Positions 12,401 to 22,116 are shown, counted from the first letter of the stretch. The stretch is 64,000 nucleotides of DNA from Candidatus Limosilactobacillus excrementigallinarum (GCA_019117445.1 DWZS01000035.1:3188-67187), one strand, 5' to 3'. The notes: a model not told the origin generated them from the letters alone. A program made the numbers and translations.

Positions 12401-12917
12401 TTCGCATACCACGGCCACCGCCACCCATCGCTGCTTTGATCATGATTGGATAACCATGGGTATGCGCAAAATCAGCCATCTCCTGCATTGACTTCACCGG
12501 CTCATTAATTCCCGGAATAGTTTGCAAGCCATTCTTTTCGGCAACTTCCTTCGCCGTAATCTTATCACCAAAGATCTTCAACTGCTCAACCGTTGGGCCA
12601 ATAAATGTGATGCCATTTTGCGCACACTTTTCCGCAAATTCTTCATTTTCGGCTAAAAAACCATATCCTGGATGAATTGCATCCGCTCCCGTTTGCTTGG
12701 CAACCCGAATAATATCATCCATATCCAGGTATGCATCAATTGGCTTTTTGCCCGCACCAATTTGATAAGCTTCATCAGCCCGGAAACGGTGTACACCGTA
12801 CTCATCTTCCTTCGCATAGACTGCTACGGTTTGCAAACCGAGTTCGTGACACGCACGAATAATGCGGATCGCAATTTCACCACGATTGGCAATCAATACC
12901 TTCTTCAAATTTTCCAC
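9468..12917 (-). CDS. pyc: Pyruvate carboxylase
   Basis: 1149 aa with biotin carboxylase, carboxyltransferase and a C-terminal biotinyl domain (EAMKMET). The start is the GTG at 12917, or possibly the TTG 3 codons downstream. Confidence 0.95.
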   Translation of the reverse strand: MENLKKVLIANRGEIAIRIIRACHELGLQTVAVYAKEDEYGVHRFRADEAYQIGAGKKPIDAYLDMDDIIRVAKQTGADAIHPGYGFLAENEEFAEKCAQNGITFIGPTVEQLKIFGDKITAKEVAEKNGLQTIPGINEPVKSMQEMADFAHTHGYPIMIKAAMGGGGRGMRIVKDDEDLKTAYNRARSEAKASFGDDELYVEKYLENPKHIEVQILADEHGHVMHLFERDCSVQRRNQKVIEFAPSLALDNQRRKEICDAAVRLMKGVHYQNAGTVEFLVTKDNFYFIEVNPRIQVEHTVTELITGVDIVRSQIRIAAGADLHQDLHLPAQDELTMNGYAIQCRVTTEDPENNFMPDTGRILTYRSPGGNGVRLDGGNTYAGAVVTPYFDSLLVKACVHARTFHNTVEKMIRVLNEFQIRGVKTNIPFMLNVLKNPVFQKGEAHTAFIDQTPSLFKFDHQPDTQQQLLNYVGDVTVNGFNGVQRQKQVHAANVKLHGLDLNDDSLLPIVNAKTILDRDGAAAAIEWVKNQKLVLLTDTSMRDAHQSLFATRMRTHDMLPVADVYDRALPNVFSAETWGGATFDVAYRFLGEDPWKRLKMLRQRMPHTMLQMLLRGSNAVGYKNYPDNVLKKFIDRSAEDGVDVFRIFDSLNWVEQMQKSIDYVRQTGKIAEGTMCYTGDLLSPHETKYTLDYYKQLACQLVDAGAQILGIKDMAGLLKPDAAYELVGELKAKYDVPVHLHTHDTTGNGVATYDQATRAGVDVVDVAMSALSSTTSQPSMSSFYYSLEGNDRQPELNIDHVEKINQYWAGIRPLYKDFANGIDAPLPDIYETEMPGGQYSNLQQQAKSLGIDDFEQVKRMYRVVNQLLGDIVKVTPSSKVVGDLAIFMIQNNLTADNILERGATLDFPESVVNFFAGDLGQPYGGFPKELQKVVLKGQTAITVRPGSLAKPVDFTKESADLAQKIGRQPSEEEVLSYVLYPDVFMDYFKRHQQYGKISVLDTNTFYQGMRPGETVHVHLAPGKTEILRLDSISDVDVDGNRHLFFAVDGEQVELPVEDQTHADAKVKVPKADPSDPGQIGMPLNGTVVEILVKEGDHVQKGDSLIVTEAMKMETTIKASFSGQVAKIYASEGAVMDSQDLLIQLTPDEK

Positions 12918-13002
12918 CGCCTTAAATAACGAACATCTTTCCTACTTCACTGCTTAATCATACCATAATCTGCGTTTAACAGGGCTGGAAAATGAGAAAT
13001 TG

Positions 13003-13040
13003 ATTAAAAAGAACAGGGCGAATTATTTTCACCCTGCTCA
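13003..13040 (-). terminator. tsaD terminator
   Basis: Minus strand reads GAGCAGGGTG-loop-CGCCCTGTTC followed by TTTTT. Confidence 0.7.
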
Positions 13041-13048
13041 TTCATTAA

Positions 13049-14080
13049 CTATTCTTTTTTATTAACCGGAAATGATAATCCCGGTACTGCATTTAGATCA
13101 TTACCTGCACGATCGCCATGGCGATAAGCAACTTCGGCCGCCGCGCCAATCATTGCCGCATTATCACCACAATATTTCAACGGTGCTTGCAGCATCGTTA
13201 CATCTGGGAAATTCTTACGCATCTCGTTCGTTAATCGTTCACGTAATCCTTGGTTAGCCGCGACCCCACCAGCTAAAATTAATTGTTTAACTGGATATTC
13301 ACCTAATGCCCGCAGCGTTTTTTCTGTCAGTACATCAACCACACTCTGTTGAAAACTGGCAGCTAAATCATACTTATTTAACTGCTCACCACGTTGATCA
13401 GCATTATGACATGTATTAATGAACGCACTCTTTAATCCAGAAAAACTAAAGTCTAGATTAGCTTCCTTTTCCATGGCTCGTGGAAAATGGAAAGTATCTT
13501 GTCCCTGATGCGCCCATTCGTCAATGGTCTTTCCTGCTGGATAGTTAACTCCCAACACCCGACCAATTTTATCGTAAGCTTCACCGGCGGCATCATCTCT
13601 GGTCTCACCAATAATTTCGTATTCATGTTCACTAGGCATATAAACTAATTCTGTATGGCCACCAGAAACTAATAACGCCATTTGAGGAAATTGAAATTCA
13701 CCCACAAACCGTGCCGCATAAATATGGCCCTCCATATGATTAATTGGCACAAGTGGTAACTGATGAGCCCATGCCACCGTTTTAGCTGCCGTAACCCCAA
13801 TTAATAAGGAACCCACTAATCCTGGACCATACGTGACCGCAACCGCATCTAAATCTTGATAATCCACCTGAGCCGTTTCCAAAGCCTGATGAATACACCG
13901 GGTAATCCACTCAATGTGATGGCGACTGGCTACTTCCGGGACGACTCCACCAAACCGTTGATGGCTTTGGATTTGTGTAGCGACAATGTTAGATAATATT
14001 TCAACCCCATTTTTAACAACTGCAACACTAGTTTCGTCACAACTCGACTCAAAGGCTAAAATAAGCGTATCTTTTGCCAT
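13049..14080 (-). CDS. tsaD: tRNA N6-adenosine threonylcarbamoyltransferase TsaD
   Basis: 343 aa: [16 protein letters not shown]...HHIEW...HMEGH motifs. Confidence 0.95.
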   Translation of the reverse strand: MAKDTLILAFESSCDETSVAVVKNGVEILSNIVATQIQSHQRFGGVVPEVASRHHIEWITRCIHQALETAQVDYQDLDAVAVTYGPGLVGSLLIGVTAAKTVAWAHQLPLVPINHMEGHIYAARFVGEFQFPQMALLVSGGHTELVYMPSEHEYEIIGETRDDAAGEAYDKIGRVLGVNYPAGKTIDEWAHQGQDTFHFPRAMEKEANLDFSFSGLKSAFINTCHNADQRGEQLNKYDLAASFQQSVVDVLTEKTLRALGEYPVKQLILAGGVAANQGLRERLTNEMRKNFPDVTMLQAPLKYCGDNAAMIGAAAEVAYRHGDRAGNDLNAVPGLSFPVNKKE

Positions 14081-14083
14081 TGG

Positions 14084-14662
14084 TTAATTTCCTTCTCTTT
14101 CTAATTTCTTTAACATATCAAATGCATCTTCACCGTTATCTCGATAATAATGTGCGCGAGTCTGGGTTTGCCGAAAACCGATCTCCCGATATAAGCGTTG
14201 GGCCTGCTGATTGGAGCGCCGCACTTCCAAGCTCATACTTACAAACTGGTCTGCTTGCGCCTTTCTTTCAATTTCATTCATTAAAAAGGTCCCCAGCCCA
14301 CGATATTGCCAAGTAGGCAATACGCCAAAATTTGTGATATGAACATCCTGTGCATAGGCATTAAAGGCGGCACCAATAAATCCCACTAATTGTTTAGAAT
14401 CCACGTCAATTAACAATAAATAAAGGGTATTGGGCCGATTCAAATCAATTTTAAAGGCCATTTTATTCCATGGCGTTCGTCCATAAATCTTTTTTTCGAC
14501 CTCTAAAAGTTGTGGGATATCCAGTAACTGCCCTCTGACAAGTCGATACCGCTGCCGATTAATAATGATATCATGATCTTGGTAATGAACCGGTTTGCCA
14601 TTCACATCATCGAGAAAGCCTGCAAACCAGCGACTAAACTTCTTGAACATAGTTAGCGTCAC
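14084..14662 (-). CDS. rimI: Ribosomal-protein-alanine N-acetyltransferase (GNAT)
   Basis: GNAT core YRGLGTFLMNEIE, sitting between tsaB and tsaD as in Bacillus. The start is uncertain because several in-frame ATGs overlap the tsaB end. Confidence 0.8.
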   Translation of the reverse strand: MTLTMFKKFSRWFAGFLDDVNGKPVHYQDHDIIINRQRYRLVRGQLLDIPQLLEVEKKIYGRTPWNKMAFKIDLNRPNTLYLLLIDVDSKQLVGFIGAAFNAYAQDVHITNFGVLPTWQYRGLGTFLMNEIERKAQADQFVSMSLEVRRSNQQAQRLYREIGFRQTQTRAHYYRDNGEDAFDMLKKLEREGN

Positions 14663-15362
14663 TATGCTTTCCCGGATGTTGCTTTAACCAGTTTACTTCC
14701 GCTTCAGTCATCCGTAAGTAATTTGGTACAAAATCATCAATATTACCCACTGCTGCTGCTTGTTCGCCGAGACGGGCTAATTGATACGTTGAAGGCAACG
14801 CATACGTTTGCGGCAGTAATTGGATGTTATCTGGTAGTTTAACCCCTTCTGCACTGATTTTTTTCGTAAGTTCGCCAACTAGGTAGCCACTCTGGCCACG
14901 CTTAATTACTGTCTCAATTAGTTGCCGATAGCCAATATGTTGTTCAGGAATGACATTGGTTAGCTGACCATCCTGGTATTGGTAACCGCCGGCAAATACA
15001 TTTCCCCGCCGCGCATCCATAAACGGAATAATTAATTGGTTAGTAATTGGTGGAACATTCGCAGCAATGACCTTCAAACTTGAAACTCCAACCAAGTCTT
15101 TTCCTAAGGTCATTGCTAACGTTTTGGCAGTCGTTACCGCGATTCGCACTCCAGTATACGAGCCAGGCCCCTTAGCAACAACAATTCGATCAACATCGCT
15201 TGGTTGCCAACCAACTTTGGTAAAAAGATCATTGATTGCGGGCAAAACATAAACGCTATGGTTACGCACCATGTTTAATGTAATTGTAGCTTTTAATTGA
15301 TCATCCTCCACAAGCGCAACACTCATGGGATGATTAGAAGTGTCAAGAGCGAGTATCTTCAT
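14634..15362 (-). CDS. tsaB: tRNA threonylcarbamoyladenosine biosynthesis protein TsaB
   Basis: MKILALDTSNHPMSVAL... Start refined to the ATG at 15362. Confidence 0.9.
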   Translation of the reverse strand: MKILALDTSNHPMSVALVEDDQLKATITLNMVRNHSVYVLPAINDLFTKVGWQPSDVDRIVVAKGPGSYTGVRIAVTTAKTLAMTLGKDLVGVSSLKVIAANVPPITNQLIIPFMDARRGNVFAGGYQYQDGQLTNVIPEQHIGYRQLIETVIKRGQSGYLVGELTKKISAEGVKLPDNIQLLPQTYALPSTYQLARLGEQAAAVGNIDDFVPNYLRMTEAEVNWLKQHPGKHSDANYVQEV

Positions 15363-15431
15363 CTTTCTCCGTCCTTTCATACAGTAAGTATCTTACCATA
15401 TTCGTCAAGTGAGCTCAGTGAGTTTCAACAT

Positions 15432-15465
15432 AAAAACGGCGACTGGTTAATCCCAGTCACCGCTG
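15432..15465 (-). terminator. galE terminator
   Basis: Minus strand reads GCGGTGACTGG-GATTAA-CCAGTCGCCG followed by TTTTTATG. Confidence 0.8.
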
Positions 15466-15471
15466 ATTTAT

Positions 15472-16467
15472 TTAATTACGATCATCATAGCCCTTTGGAT
15501 GGGTTGAATGCCACTTCCATGCCGTGGCAATAATATCATGAACATCATCATATTGTGGCTTCCAGCCCAGTACACTGCGAGCCTTATCACTAGCCGCAAT
15601 TAATGAGTCTGGATCTCCTGGCCGCCGGGCAGCAATCTTGGCTGGAATTTCCTTGCCAGTTACTTCCCGTGCTGCTTCTAGCATTTGCTTATTAGAGAAC
15701 CCTGTTGAAGAACCAAGGTTAAATGCGTTAGATTGGTTATTGTCTTCCAAGTACTTAAGTGCCAAAATATGCGCATCCGCTAAATCCATTACGTGAACGT
15801 AATCACGAACGTTAGTACCATCAGGAGTATTATAGTCATCACCAAAAATACTTAATTCTGGTCGCTTTCCTTGGGCAACTTGCATAATGATTGGAACCAA
15901 GTGGGTTTCTGGCCCGTGATCTTCCCCAATCGTGCCATCTGGAGCAGCCCCCGCCACGTTGAAGTAACGAAGCGCCACAAACTTAATGCCATAAGCTTTA
16001 TCTGCCCAGGCCATCATATGTTCCATCATGAGCTTAGACAAACCATATGGATTAATTGGCTTTTGCGGATCCGTTTCTTTAATCGGCATGTGCTCTGGAA
16101 TACCATAAGTAGCGGCCGTCGAACTAAAGACGATGTACTTAATTCCAAAGTCGCGCATCGCTTCCAATAAAGTAATCATTCCACCGGTGTTATTGTCAAA
16201 ATACTTCAGTGGTTCACTCATGGATTCAGGAACGATCGAGAATGCCGCAAAATGGACAACTGCCTTAATATCTTCGTTTAAAAAGATGCGATCCAGGAAA
16301 GCCCGGTCACGGATATCACCTTGATAAAACTTAGCTTGAGGATCAATTGCTTTCTTATGGCCAGTCGACAGATTATCTGCCACAACCACGTCTTCGCCAT
16401 TTTCAACTAACCGTTTGACCATGTGTGAACCGATATAGCCGGCCCCACCACAAACCAAAATTGCCAT
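15472..16467 (-). CDS. galE: UDP-glucose 4-epimerase
   Basis: 331 aa: [15 protein letters not shown]..., YGLSK catalytic motif. Confidence 0.95.
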   Translation of the reverse strand: MAILVCGGAGYIGSHMVKRLVENGEDVVVADNLSTGHKKAIDPQAKFYQGDIRDRAFLDRIFLNEDIKAVVHFAAFSIVPESMSEPLKYFDNNTGGMITLLEAMRDFGIKYIVFSSTAATYGIPEHMPIKETDPQKPINPYGLSKLMMEHMMAWADKAYGIKFVALRYFNVAGAAPDGTIGEDHGPETHLVPIIMQVAQGKRPELSIFGDDYNTPDGTNVRDYVHVMDLADAHILALKYLEDNNQSNAFNLGSSTGFSNKQMLEAAREVTGKEIPAKIAARRPGDPDSLIAASDKARSVLGWKPQYDDVHDIIATAWKWHSTHPKGYDDRN

Positions 16468-16494
16468 CTTTGTTTGCCTCCATTTTTAATAAAA

Positions 16495-16521
16495 GTTTAC
16501 TAAAACTTTACTAGCATTATA
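16495..16521 (-). promoter_or_regulatory. galE extended -10 promoter plus a tandem TAGTAAA(G/C)TTT repeat over the transcription start
   Basis: Minus strand reads TGGTATAAT (-10 at 16521-16516), then TAGTAAAGTTT TAGTAAACTTT (16514-16495). Confidence 0.5.
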
Positions 16522-16551
16522 CCACGTTTTCATTTTAACAGAGATTTGATT

Positions 16552-17508
16552 TTAAATCTCTTGTAATTGGCTTCGTTCAATTTCGTGATCTAGGTATTCA
16601 AATAATAAGCCTTCACGGAGACCATTATTACTGAACCGGACTTCACGTAAATTCAGTTGTCTTAGTAACGCCATTAATGGCAGGAGTCCGCCAACGATCA
16701 CATCCGCACGGGAGCTATTGATACCACGAATTCCGGCCCGCCCATTGCGGTCAGTCGCTAACAACTCATGCATCATTTGGTTGGCTTCGCTGGTTTGCAT
16801 CGTTAGCCCATGAACTGGTTGGACAGTTGCCGGATCCTTCGCTAATTTCCACCGGTACATTTTGGCTAATGCACGATTACTACCGCCAAGCGCCACCACT
16901 TGCGTATGACGTGCCCGATTTAACCACCGCTGGGTCGATAACATTTCATCAACCTTAATTGTTGCGTCGTAGAGGTCAGCTGCCCTAACCTGGTCATTCA
17001 AATGATACTTTTGAGAAAGTGTCACTGAACCAATTGGTAAACTTACTAATTCTTCAGCCTGCCCTTGATCAACTAAAATCATTTCCATACTGGCACCTCC
17101 AGTATCGATGATTAGACCATTATCAATGGGTAAAGTACGGGAAACGCCGACATAATCTAAGTAAGCTTCTCGTTCACCCGAAAGAATTGTAAAACGGATG
17201 TCGAGCTCATTTTCGACCCGGTGTAAGAATTCTGCTTGATTAACCGCCTGCCGGACAGCAGCAGTGGCAACCGCAATTAGTCGCACATTCTTCAATTCTG
17301 CGCAAATATTTTTAAACCGGGTTAACGTTGCGATCGTTCGCTCCATTGGTTCCGGTTTGAGAACCTTTTCCGGCCCCATATTTTCTGATAAACGAACATA
17401 CTCTTTTTCATAACGGACTAATTCTGTCCGCTGATTTTCAAAAATACGGGTAATTCGTAAACGACAAGAATTCGATCCCAGATCGATAATTGCTAAGTTA
17501 ATACTCAT
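16552..17508 (-). CDS. ppx: Ppx/GppA-family exopolyphosphatase (short form)
   Basis: 318 aa: IDLGSNSCRL, DTGGAS(M)E motifs. Confidence 0.88.
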   Translation of the reverse strand: MSINLAIIDLGSNSCRLRITRIFENQRTELVRYEKEYVRLSENMGPEKVLKPEPMERTIATLTRFKNICAELKNVRLIAVATAAVRQAVNQAEFLHRVENELDIRFTILSGEREAYLDYVGVSRTLPIDNGLIIDTGGASMEMILVDQGQAEELVSLPIGSVTLSQKYHLNDQVRAADLYDATIKVDEMLSTQRWLNRARHTQVVALGGSNRALAKMYRWKLAKDPATVQPVHGLTMQTSEANQMMHELLATDRNGRAGIRGINSSRADVIVGGLLPLMALLRQLNLREVRFSNNGLREGLLFEYLDHEIERSQLQEI

Positions 17509-17511
17509 CGG

Positions 17512-19758
17512 CTACTCCTTTTCATTGGTCACAGTCTTGTTTAACCGCAGACCAGAAACGTGCTTAGTTAAAGTTTCAAAAACGTTACTAAAATGCTTTT
17601 TGTTTTTGCGCTCATGCTTTTCTTCTTTACGTAATGTTGTGGCCTCATCCATAAAGAATTGTTGTGAGTTCACCGGTTTTTGACCGTCTGGATGCATTTT
17701 GACATAGTGATTGCCCACTAATTGCCAAGCTTTAGTATTATCATGCCACATTTCGTGAAAAATACTAATTGCCCGGGATTTGGTATCATCCTCCGTTACC
17801 GGGAATAATTCTTCTACCCGTCGATTTAGATTTCTCGTCATCATATCAGCACTCGCCAAATATATTTCCTCATGGTCGTTTCCGCTAAAGTAATAAATTC
17901 GGGAGTGTTCCAGGAACCGTCCCACAATTGAATGGACTTGAATGTTACCATGCAATTCTGGTAAATCATTTCGTAAACAGGTAATCCCACGAACAATTAG
18001 ACGAATCTGTACTCCCGCAGCCGCCGCTTCATATAGGTGAGCAATAATCTGCTTGTCGGACAAGGAATTCATCTTCATACCGATCAATGCAGGATTACCA
18101 CTTTGCGCAATTTTTATTTGCTGATCAATTTTCTCGTTAATAAAATCCCGAATCCCGTTTGGTGACACATGTAACTTATGGAAATACTTCGGTCGTGCAA
18201 AGCCAGAAAGCATATTAAAGAGGTTCGTCATATCACTACCTAATTCATAATCACAGGTAAGTACGCCCATATCAGTATAGAAATGGGCAGTAACATCATT
18301 ATAATTACCCGTTCCTAAATGCATGTAGCGCCGTAAACCATCTTCATCCCGGCGAATAACTAACGCTAATTTACAGTGCGTCTTTAACCCCGCCAGTCCA
18401 TAGATAACGTGACATCCCATTTGCTCCAGTCGGCGTGCCCAGCGGACATTATTCTTTTCGTCAAACCGCGCCTTAACTTCGACCAAAACAGTTACTTGTT
18501 TTCCACGTTGGGCTGCCATACCAAGATATTTGATAATCGGTGAATTTCCGGATACCCGATAAAGAGTCATTTTAATCGCCAAGGTTGCATCATCCAACGC
18601 CGCTTGATGGATAAAATTGACCACCGCTTGAAAATCGTCATATGGATGCTGCATTAAATAATCTTTCTGCCGAATAGCATCGAAAATATTATGATCCATG
18701 TCTAAAATTGGGTTCAAATATGGTTTAAATGGCGAATAACGTAAATCATCATGACCATCGACCATCCCAGATAATTTTTTCAGAAAGCTTAAATCAACTG
18801 GACCATCCACCCGGTAAATAGCATTCTCAGCCACGTGTAAATTATCGCATAAACGCTCTTCTAACCAGCGGTCAAAGTGATTGCCGATTTCAAGTCGCAT
18901 TACTTGGCCATGTTCACGAGCTCGTAACTGGTGTTGAACAGACCGCAATAAATCAGACGTATCCTCTTCGGCTACATCTAAATCCATATCCCGCATTACA
19001 CGATACGTACCGCTGGCATCAATTTTGTATCCAGGAAATAGTACTGCCATAAATTCCTGAATCAAATCATCAATTAATACAAAATGATTCTTTTCCGGTA
19101 ATTTCACTAACCGCTTATAGATACTTGGCACCCGGATTGTTGCAAATTTATCGCCATGGTGCCGACGGTCTTCATGCGGTTCGGGAGTTTGACCAGCTAC
19201 TTCTTGGTCACCCTCCAAAACCGGATCATTTGCCGGCTTTCCATGCTTTTTCCGGTGAAGTTTTACCGCAATATTTAATGACCCATTATTAATAAATGGG
19301 AAGGGGCGGGAAGCATCGTCCGCCATGGGTGTCAATACTGGCAATAATTCATCATTAAAGTACCGACGGGTAAATTCGTAATCACGATCTGGTAAGTCTC
19401 GCTCCCGGAGAATTTGAATATCATGGCGAGCTAATTCGGTCAATACATGCTCGTTATATACTCGGTAGCGACGTTCTACCATCTGGTGTTCCTTATCATT
19501 AACAGCTGCCAACTGCTCTTCTGGCGTCATTCCAGAAGCATCCGTCGTTGTCACTTTAGCTGCGGATAATTTGTGTAAAGAAGCAACTCGGACCATGAAG
19601 AACTCATCCACATTGCTTTGGGTAATCCCAACAAAGTTCGCTTGCTCCAATAGTGGATTATGCGGATCTAGCGCTTCATCAAGCACACGACCGTTAAAAT
19701 CAATCCACGATAATTCACGATTAACGTAGTTCGTTGGTTTATAGAAATTTTTGTACAT
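17512..19758 (-). CDS. ppk: Polyphosphate kinase 1
   Basis: 748 aa: NRELSWIDFNGRVLDEA N-terminus, two PLD-like HxK-type regions, HCKLALV. Confidence 0.95.
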   Translation of the reverse strand: MYKNFYKPTNYVNRELSWIDFNGRVLDEALDPHNPLLEQANFVGITQSNVDEFFMVRVASLHKLSAAKVTTTDASGMTPEEQLAAVNDKEHQMVERRYRVYNEHVLTELARHDIQILRERDLPDRDYEFTRRYFNDELLPVLTPMADDASRPFPFINNGSLNIAVKLHRKKHGKPANDPVLEGDQEVAGQTPEPHEDRRHHGDKFATIRVPSIYKRLVKLPEKNHFVLIDDLIQEFMAVLFPGYKIDASGTYRVMRDMDLDVAEEDTSDLLRSVQHQLRAREHGQVMRLEIGNHFDRWLEERLCDNLHVAENAIYRVDGPVDLSFLKKLSGMVDGHDDLRYSPFKPYLNPILDMDHNIFDAIRQKDYLMQHPYDDFQAVVNFIHQAALDDATLAIKMTLYRVSGNSPIIKYLGMAAQRGKQVTVLVEVKARFDEKNNVRWARRLEQMGCHVIYGLAGLKTHCKLALVIRRDEDGLRRYMHLGTGNYNDVTAHFYTDMGVLTCDYELGSDMTNLFNMLSGFARPKYFHKLHVSPNGIRDFINEKIDQQIKIAQSGNPALIGMKMNSLSDKQIIAHLYEAAAAGVQIRLIVRGITCLRNDLPELHGNIQVHSIVGRFLEHSRIYYFSGNDHEEIYLASADMMTRNLNRRVEELFPVTEDDTKSRAISIFHEMWHDNTKAWQLVGNHYVKMHPDGQKPVNSQQFFMDEATTLRKEEKHERKNKKHFSNVFETLTKHVSGLRLNKTVTNEKE

Positions 19759-19761
19759 CGC

Positions 19762-21270
19762 TTAATCCCTCCCCACAATTATCAGTTTAGGATGTAATCC
19801 ATAAACTTCGGCGAATAACTGGTTCTTCCGCTCAAACGCCCACTGTTCCAAAACCAAATCATCAGTGGTTTTGACTTTAATCTGTAAGTCATCCCCAACT
19901 AGTGCTAAATGAACTTGGAGAATCTTTTGCAATCGTGAATCGTCTAAGGAATCTGCTACCCGTAAAATCGCTGCTAATTGGGCAACCGGCAATTGAATTT
20001 CACTATCCAAGTGCATGTAGTGCGGCTGACTAACTTCCGGCGTTTCAGAACTGTGGTACCGTGAAACTTCAGCAATTACTTCATTGTCCTGACTGGATAA
20101 ACCAATTAACGGGTTAGCTTCCAGAATATACGCTGAATGGCGATAGTGCCCTTGCGGATTAATAAAGTTACCAATGTCATCAACCTTACATGCTACCTCC
20201 AGTAACAAACGATAATGGTCATCTAAGCGGTGAATTGGCTTTAACGCATCATACAACTGCATTGCAACTGCGGTCACAAACCGCTTATGACTTGAATCAG
20301 CACCATAACGAATTGCTAGATTATCGGCAGCCGTTTTAACCATTTTAATAACCACTTTGGGGTGTGCACGCGTGACCTCTAATCCATCGAGCACTGAAAC
20401 GTCTGTCACATAAACTTTTTTGACGTTCAATAACCGCATCATTTGGCGAACAATCAAATAGGTTGGTAAGACCCAGTTAACACTCTGTTCATCAACATCG
20501 TAGTGATGAATAATGTATTGATCCGAAGCGTTCAGTAAGTGTTGATACCGTTTATGAAATTCCTTATGGGGAACCTTCTCAACATGCTTTTCAGCTGGTA
20601 AATACCGCTCTGCTAACGTTTCGGCACCTTGAATTAACATTGTCGACTCTTCATTATTTTTCAATTCTGGCACTAAGTACTCTAGCTTTGAACTAATGTA
20701 ATCTAAAATAATGTCACTAGGGGTGGCTGCTGTTTGCCGTAAATTATTAACCAATTGACTAAGGCGCGCCTTCCCCAAATCAATTTCCCAAGAACGGGTA
20801 TACTTACCCTTTTTGTAGTAGGCTAAATTACTGGTGTTAAGGCCAATATTTAAGACGTATCCGGTTAACTGTTTCTTCTCAATTTCCTCGTGCTCGACAA
20901 CTTGATCAACCGCTGCTAGGACATTAGCTAGTGTTTGATCCTTGTTTAACCACTTAATTTTTAATCCAGTCCGCACATAAATTTGATTTGCAACATACTT
21001 TCCCGTAACTAGATCAATATCCGTCAACGCTCCGTATAGGTAATAATTAGTTACTTGGTAGTCCGCCAGTAACCTTTTAAAGCCCAGCAGATTATTCGCA
21101 ATAGCTGAAATATTTTCCGCGTAATTAGCAATTGCTTGCTGCCCGACATGTAAAGATCCAGACCGGGCTTCATTGATAACCTGGTGCTTATCTAAATCAA
21201 TGATCCTTAAGGTTAACCGATCGGGTTTTAAGAAGATTAATCCCAATAATCCTTTTTCCACAGCAAACAC
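19762..21270 (-). CDS. Ppx/GppA-family phosphatase with a C-terminal HD-like domain
   Basis: The track ORF extends to 21387, but that extension would run through the upstream terminator and the thioesterase 3' end. The likely start is the GTG at 21270, preceded by AAGGAG. Confidence 0.8.
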   Translation of the reverse strand: MFAVEKGLLGLIFLKPDRLTLRIIDLDKHQVINEARSGSLHVGQQAIANYAENISAIANNLLGFKRLLADYQVTNYYLYGALTDIDLVTGKYVANQIYVRTGLKIKWLNKDQTLANVLAAVDQVVEHEEIEKKQLTGYVLNIGLNTSNLAYYKKGKYTRSWEIDLGKARLSQLVNNLRQTAATPSDIILDYISSKLEYLVPELKNNEESTMLIQGAETLAERYLPAEKHVEKVPHKEFHKRYQHLLNASDQYIIHHYDVDEQSVNWVLPTYLIVRQMMRLLNVKKVYVTDVSVLDGLEVTRAHPKVVIKMVKTAADNLAIRYGADSSHKRFVTAVAMQLYDALKPIHRLDDHYRLLLEVACKVDDIGNFINPQGHYRHSAYILEANPLIGLSSQDNEVIAEVSRYHSSETPEVSQPHYMHLDSEIQLPVAQLAAILRVADSLDDSRLQKILQVHLALVGDDLQIKVKTTDDLVLEQWAFERKNQLFAEVYGLHPKLIIVGRD

Positions 21271-21315
21271 CCCTTTACTTCTCCTTATTACTATTTCAGA
21301 ATACCACGGACCATG

Positions 21316-21352
21316 CAAAAAAGGGAATTCATCGATTGATGAATTCCCTTTT
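21316..21352 (-). terminator. Terminator of the acyl-ACP thioesterase gene
   Basis: Perfect hairpin AAAAGGGAATTCATC-GATT-GATGAATTCCCTTTT with a T-run on the minus strand. Confidence 0.85.
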
Positions 21353-21358
21353 AAATCT

Positions 21359-22108
21359 TCACTGCCATTTAATCGTTGCCGTAGCACACTTTTGTGTTCC
21401 TACCCAAATCTGATGCTGGGTCGTCCATTCCTGTTCATTATTTTCTAGAGTAATGGCCAGACTGTTGACCACTGTCTGTGGACGAACCTCATGCTCATAA
21501 TTCATCCGGATCTCCACTATTTGGTGTTTCTGTAAGAAGTCATGATCCAACGTATCAAGCATCCAATCAAAATACCGGGCATTATTCACATGACCGTTGT
21601 AATCAATATCAAAATAACGAACCTGGTAGTGGTTTTCTCGCCATTCATCGGTTGCCGTCACTTTATCTGGACGGGCCACCTTTGGCAATCGAAGACTGCT
21701 GGTTGCTTCATATGGGACCATAATTGTTTCTGGAATTTTAGCCATTCGGCGTATACTTAAATCCATGTAAACAAAGAGGCCGTTCACTGTCCCAATAATT
21801 TGATCATGACAGTCCTTGATCACGAATTGGCGAACTACAAAGTATTTATTGTAAGCAATAATTGCAGTTTCAAATTTGATCTGTTCATTTTCTTTCGGCC
21901 ATTCTCGTTGAAAATGCCCTTCATAATCAATAATCACCCAGCCACCGCCAAGCTCTTTGGTGACATGTTCATCCACCCCTAACTGAGCATTCTGCTTTTC
22001 GGAAGCTAAGATCATCAATGCCACTAGCATACTCAAACTGAGGTGACCACTGGGATCACATTCATAGTAATTAACTTGATGCTCAAGGATAAATTTTTGC
22101 CCTGCCAT
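21359..22108 (-). CDS. Acyl-ACP thioesterase
   Basis: 249 aa. It has the double hot-dog architecture typical of LAB FatA-like thioesterases (recalled family resemblance). Confidence 0.75.
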   Translation of the reverse strand: MAGQKFILEHQVNYYECDPSGHLSLSMLVALMILASEKQNAQLGVDEHVTKELGGGWVIIDYEGHFQREWPKENEQIKFETAIIAYNKYFVVRQFVIKDCHDQIIGTVNGLFVYMDLSIRRMAKIPETIMVPYEATSSLRLPKVARPDKVTATDEWRENHYQVRYFDIDYNGHVNNARYFDWMLDTLDHDFLQKHQIVEIRMNYEHEVRPQTVVNSLAITLENNEQEWTTQHQIWVGTQKCATATIKWQ

Positions 22109-22116
22109 AATAACTC

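Noticed and set aside
19762-21387. Full-length 541-aa track ORF, which overlaps the thioesterase gene by 29 nt.
   Set aside because: The 5' extension runs through a perfect rho-independent terminator (21316-21352) and has no RBS. The internal GTG at 21270, preceded by AAGGAG, is the plausible start.
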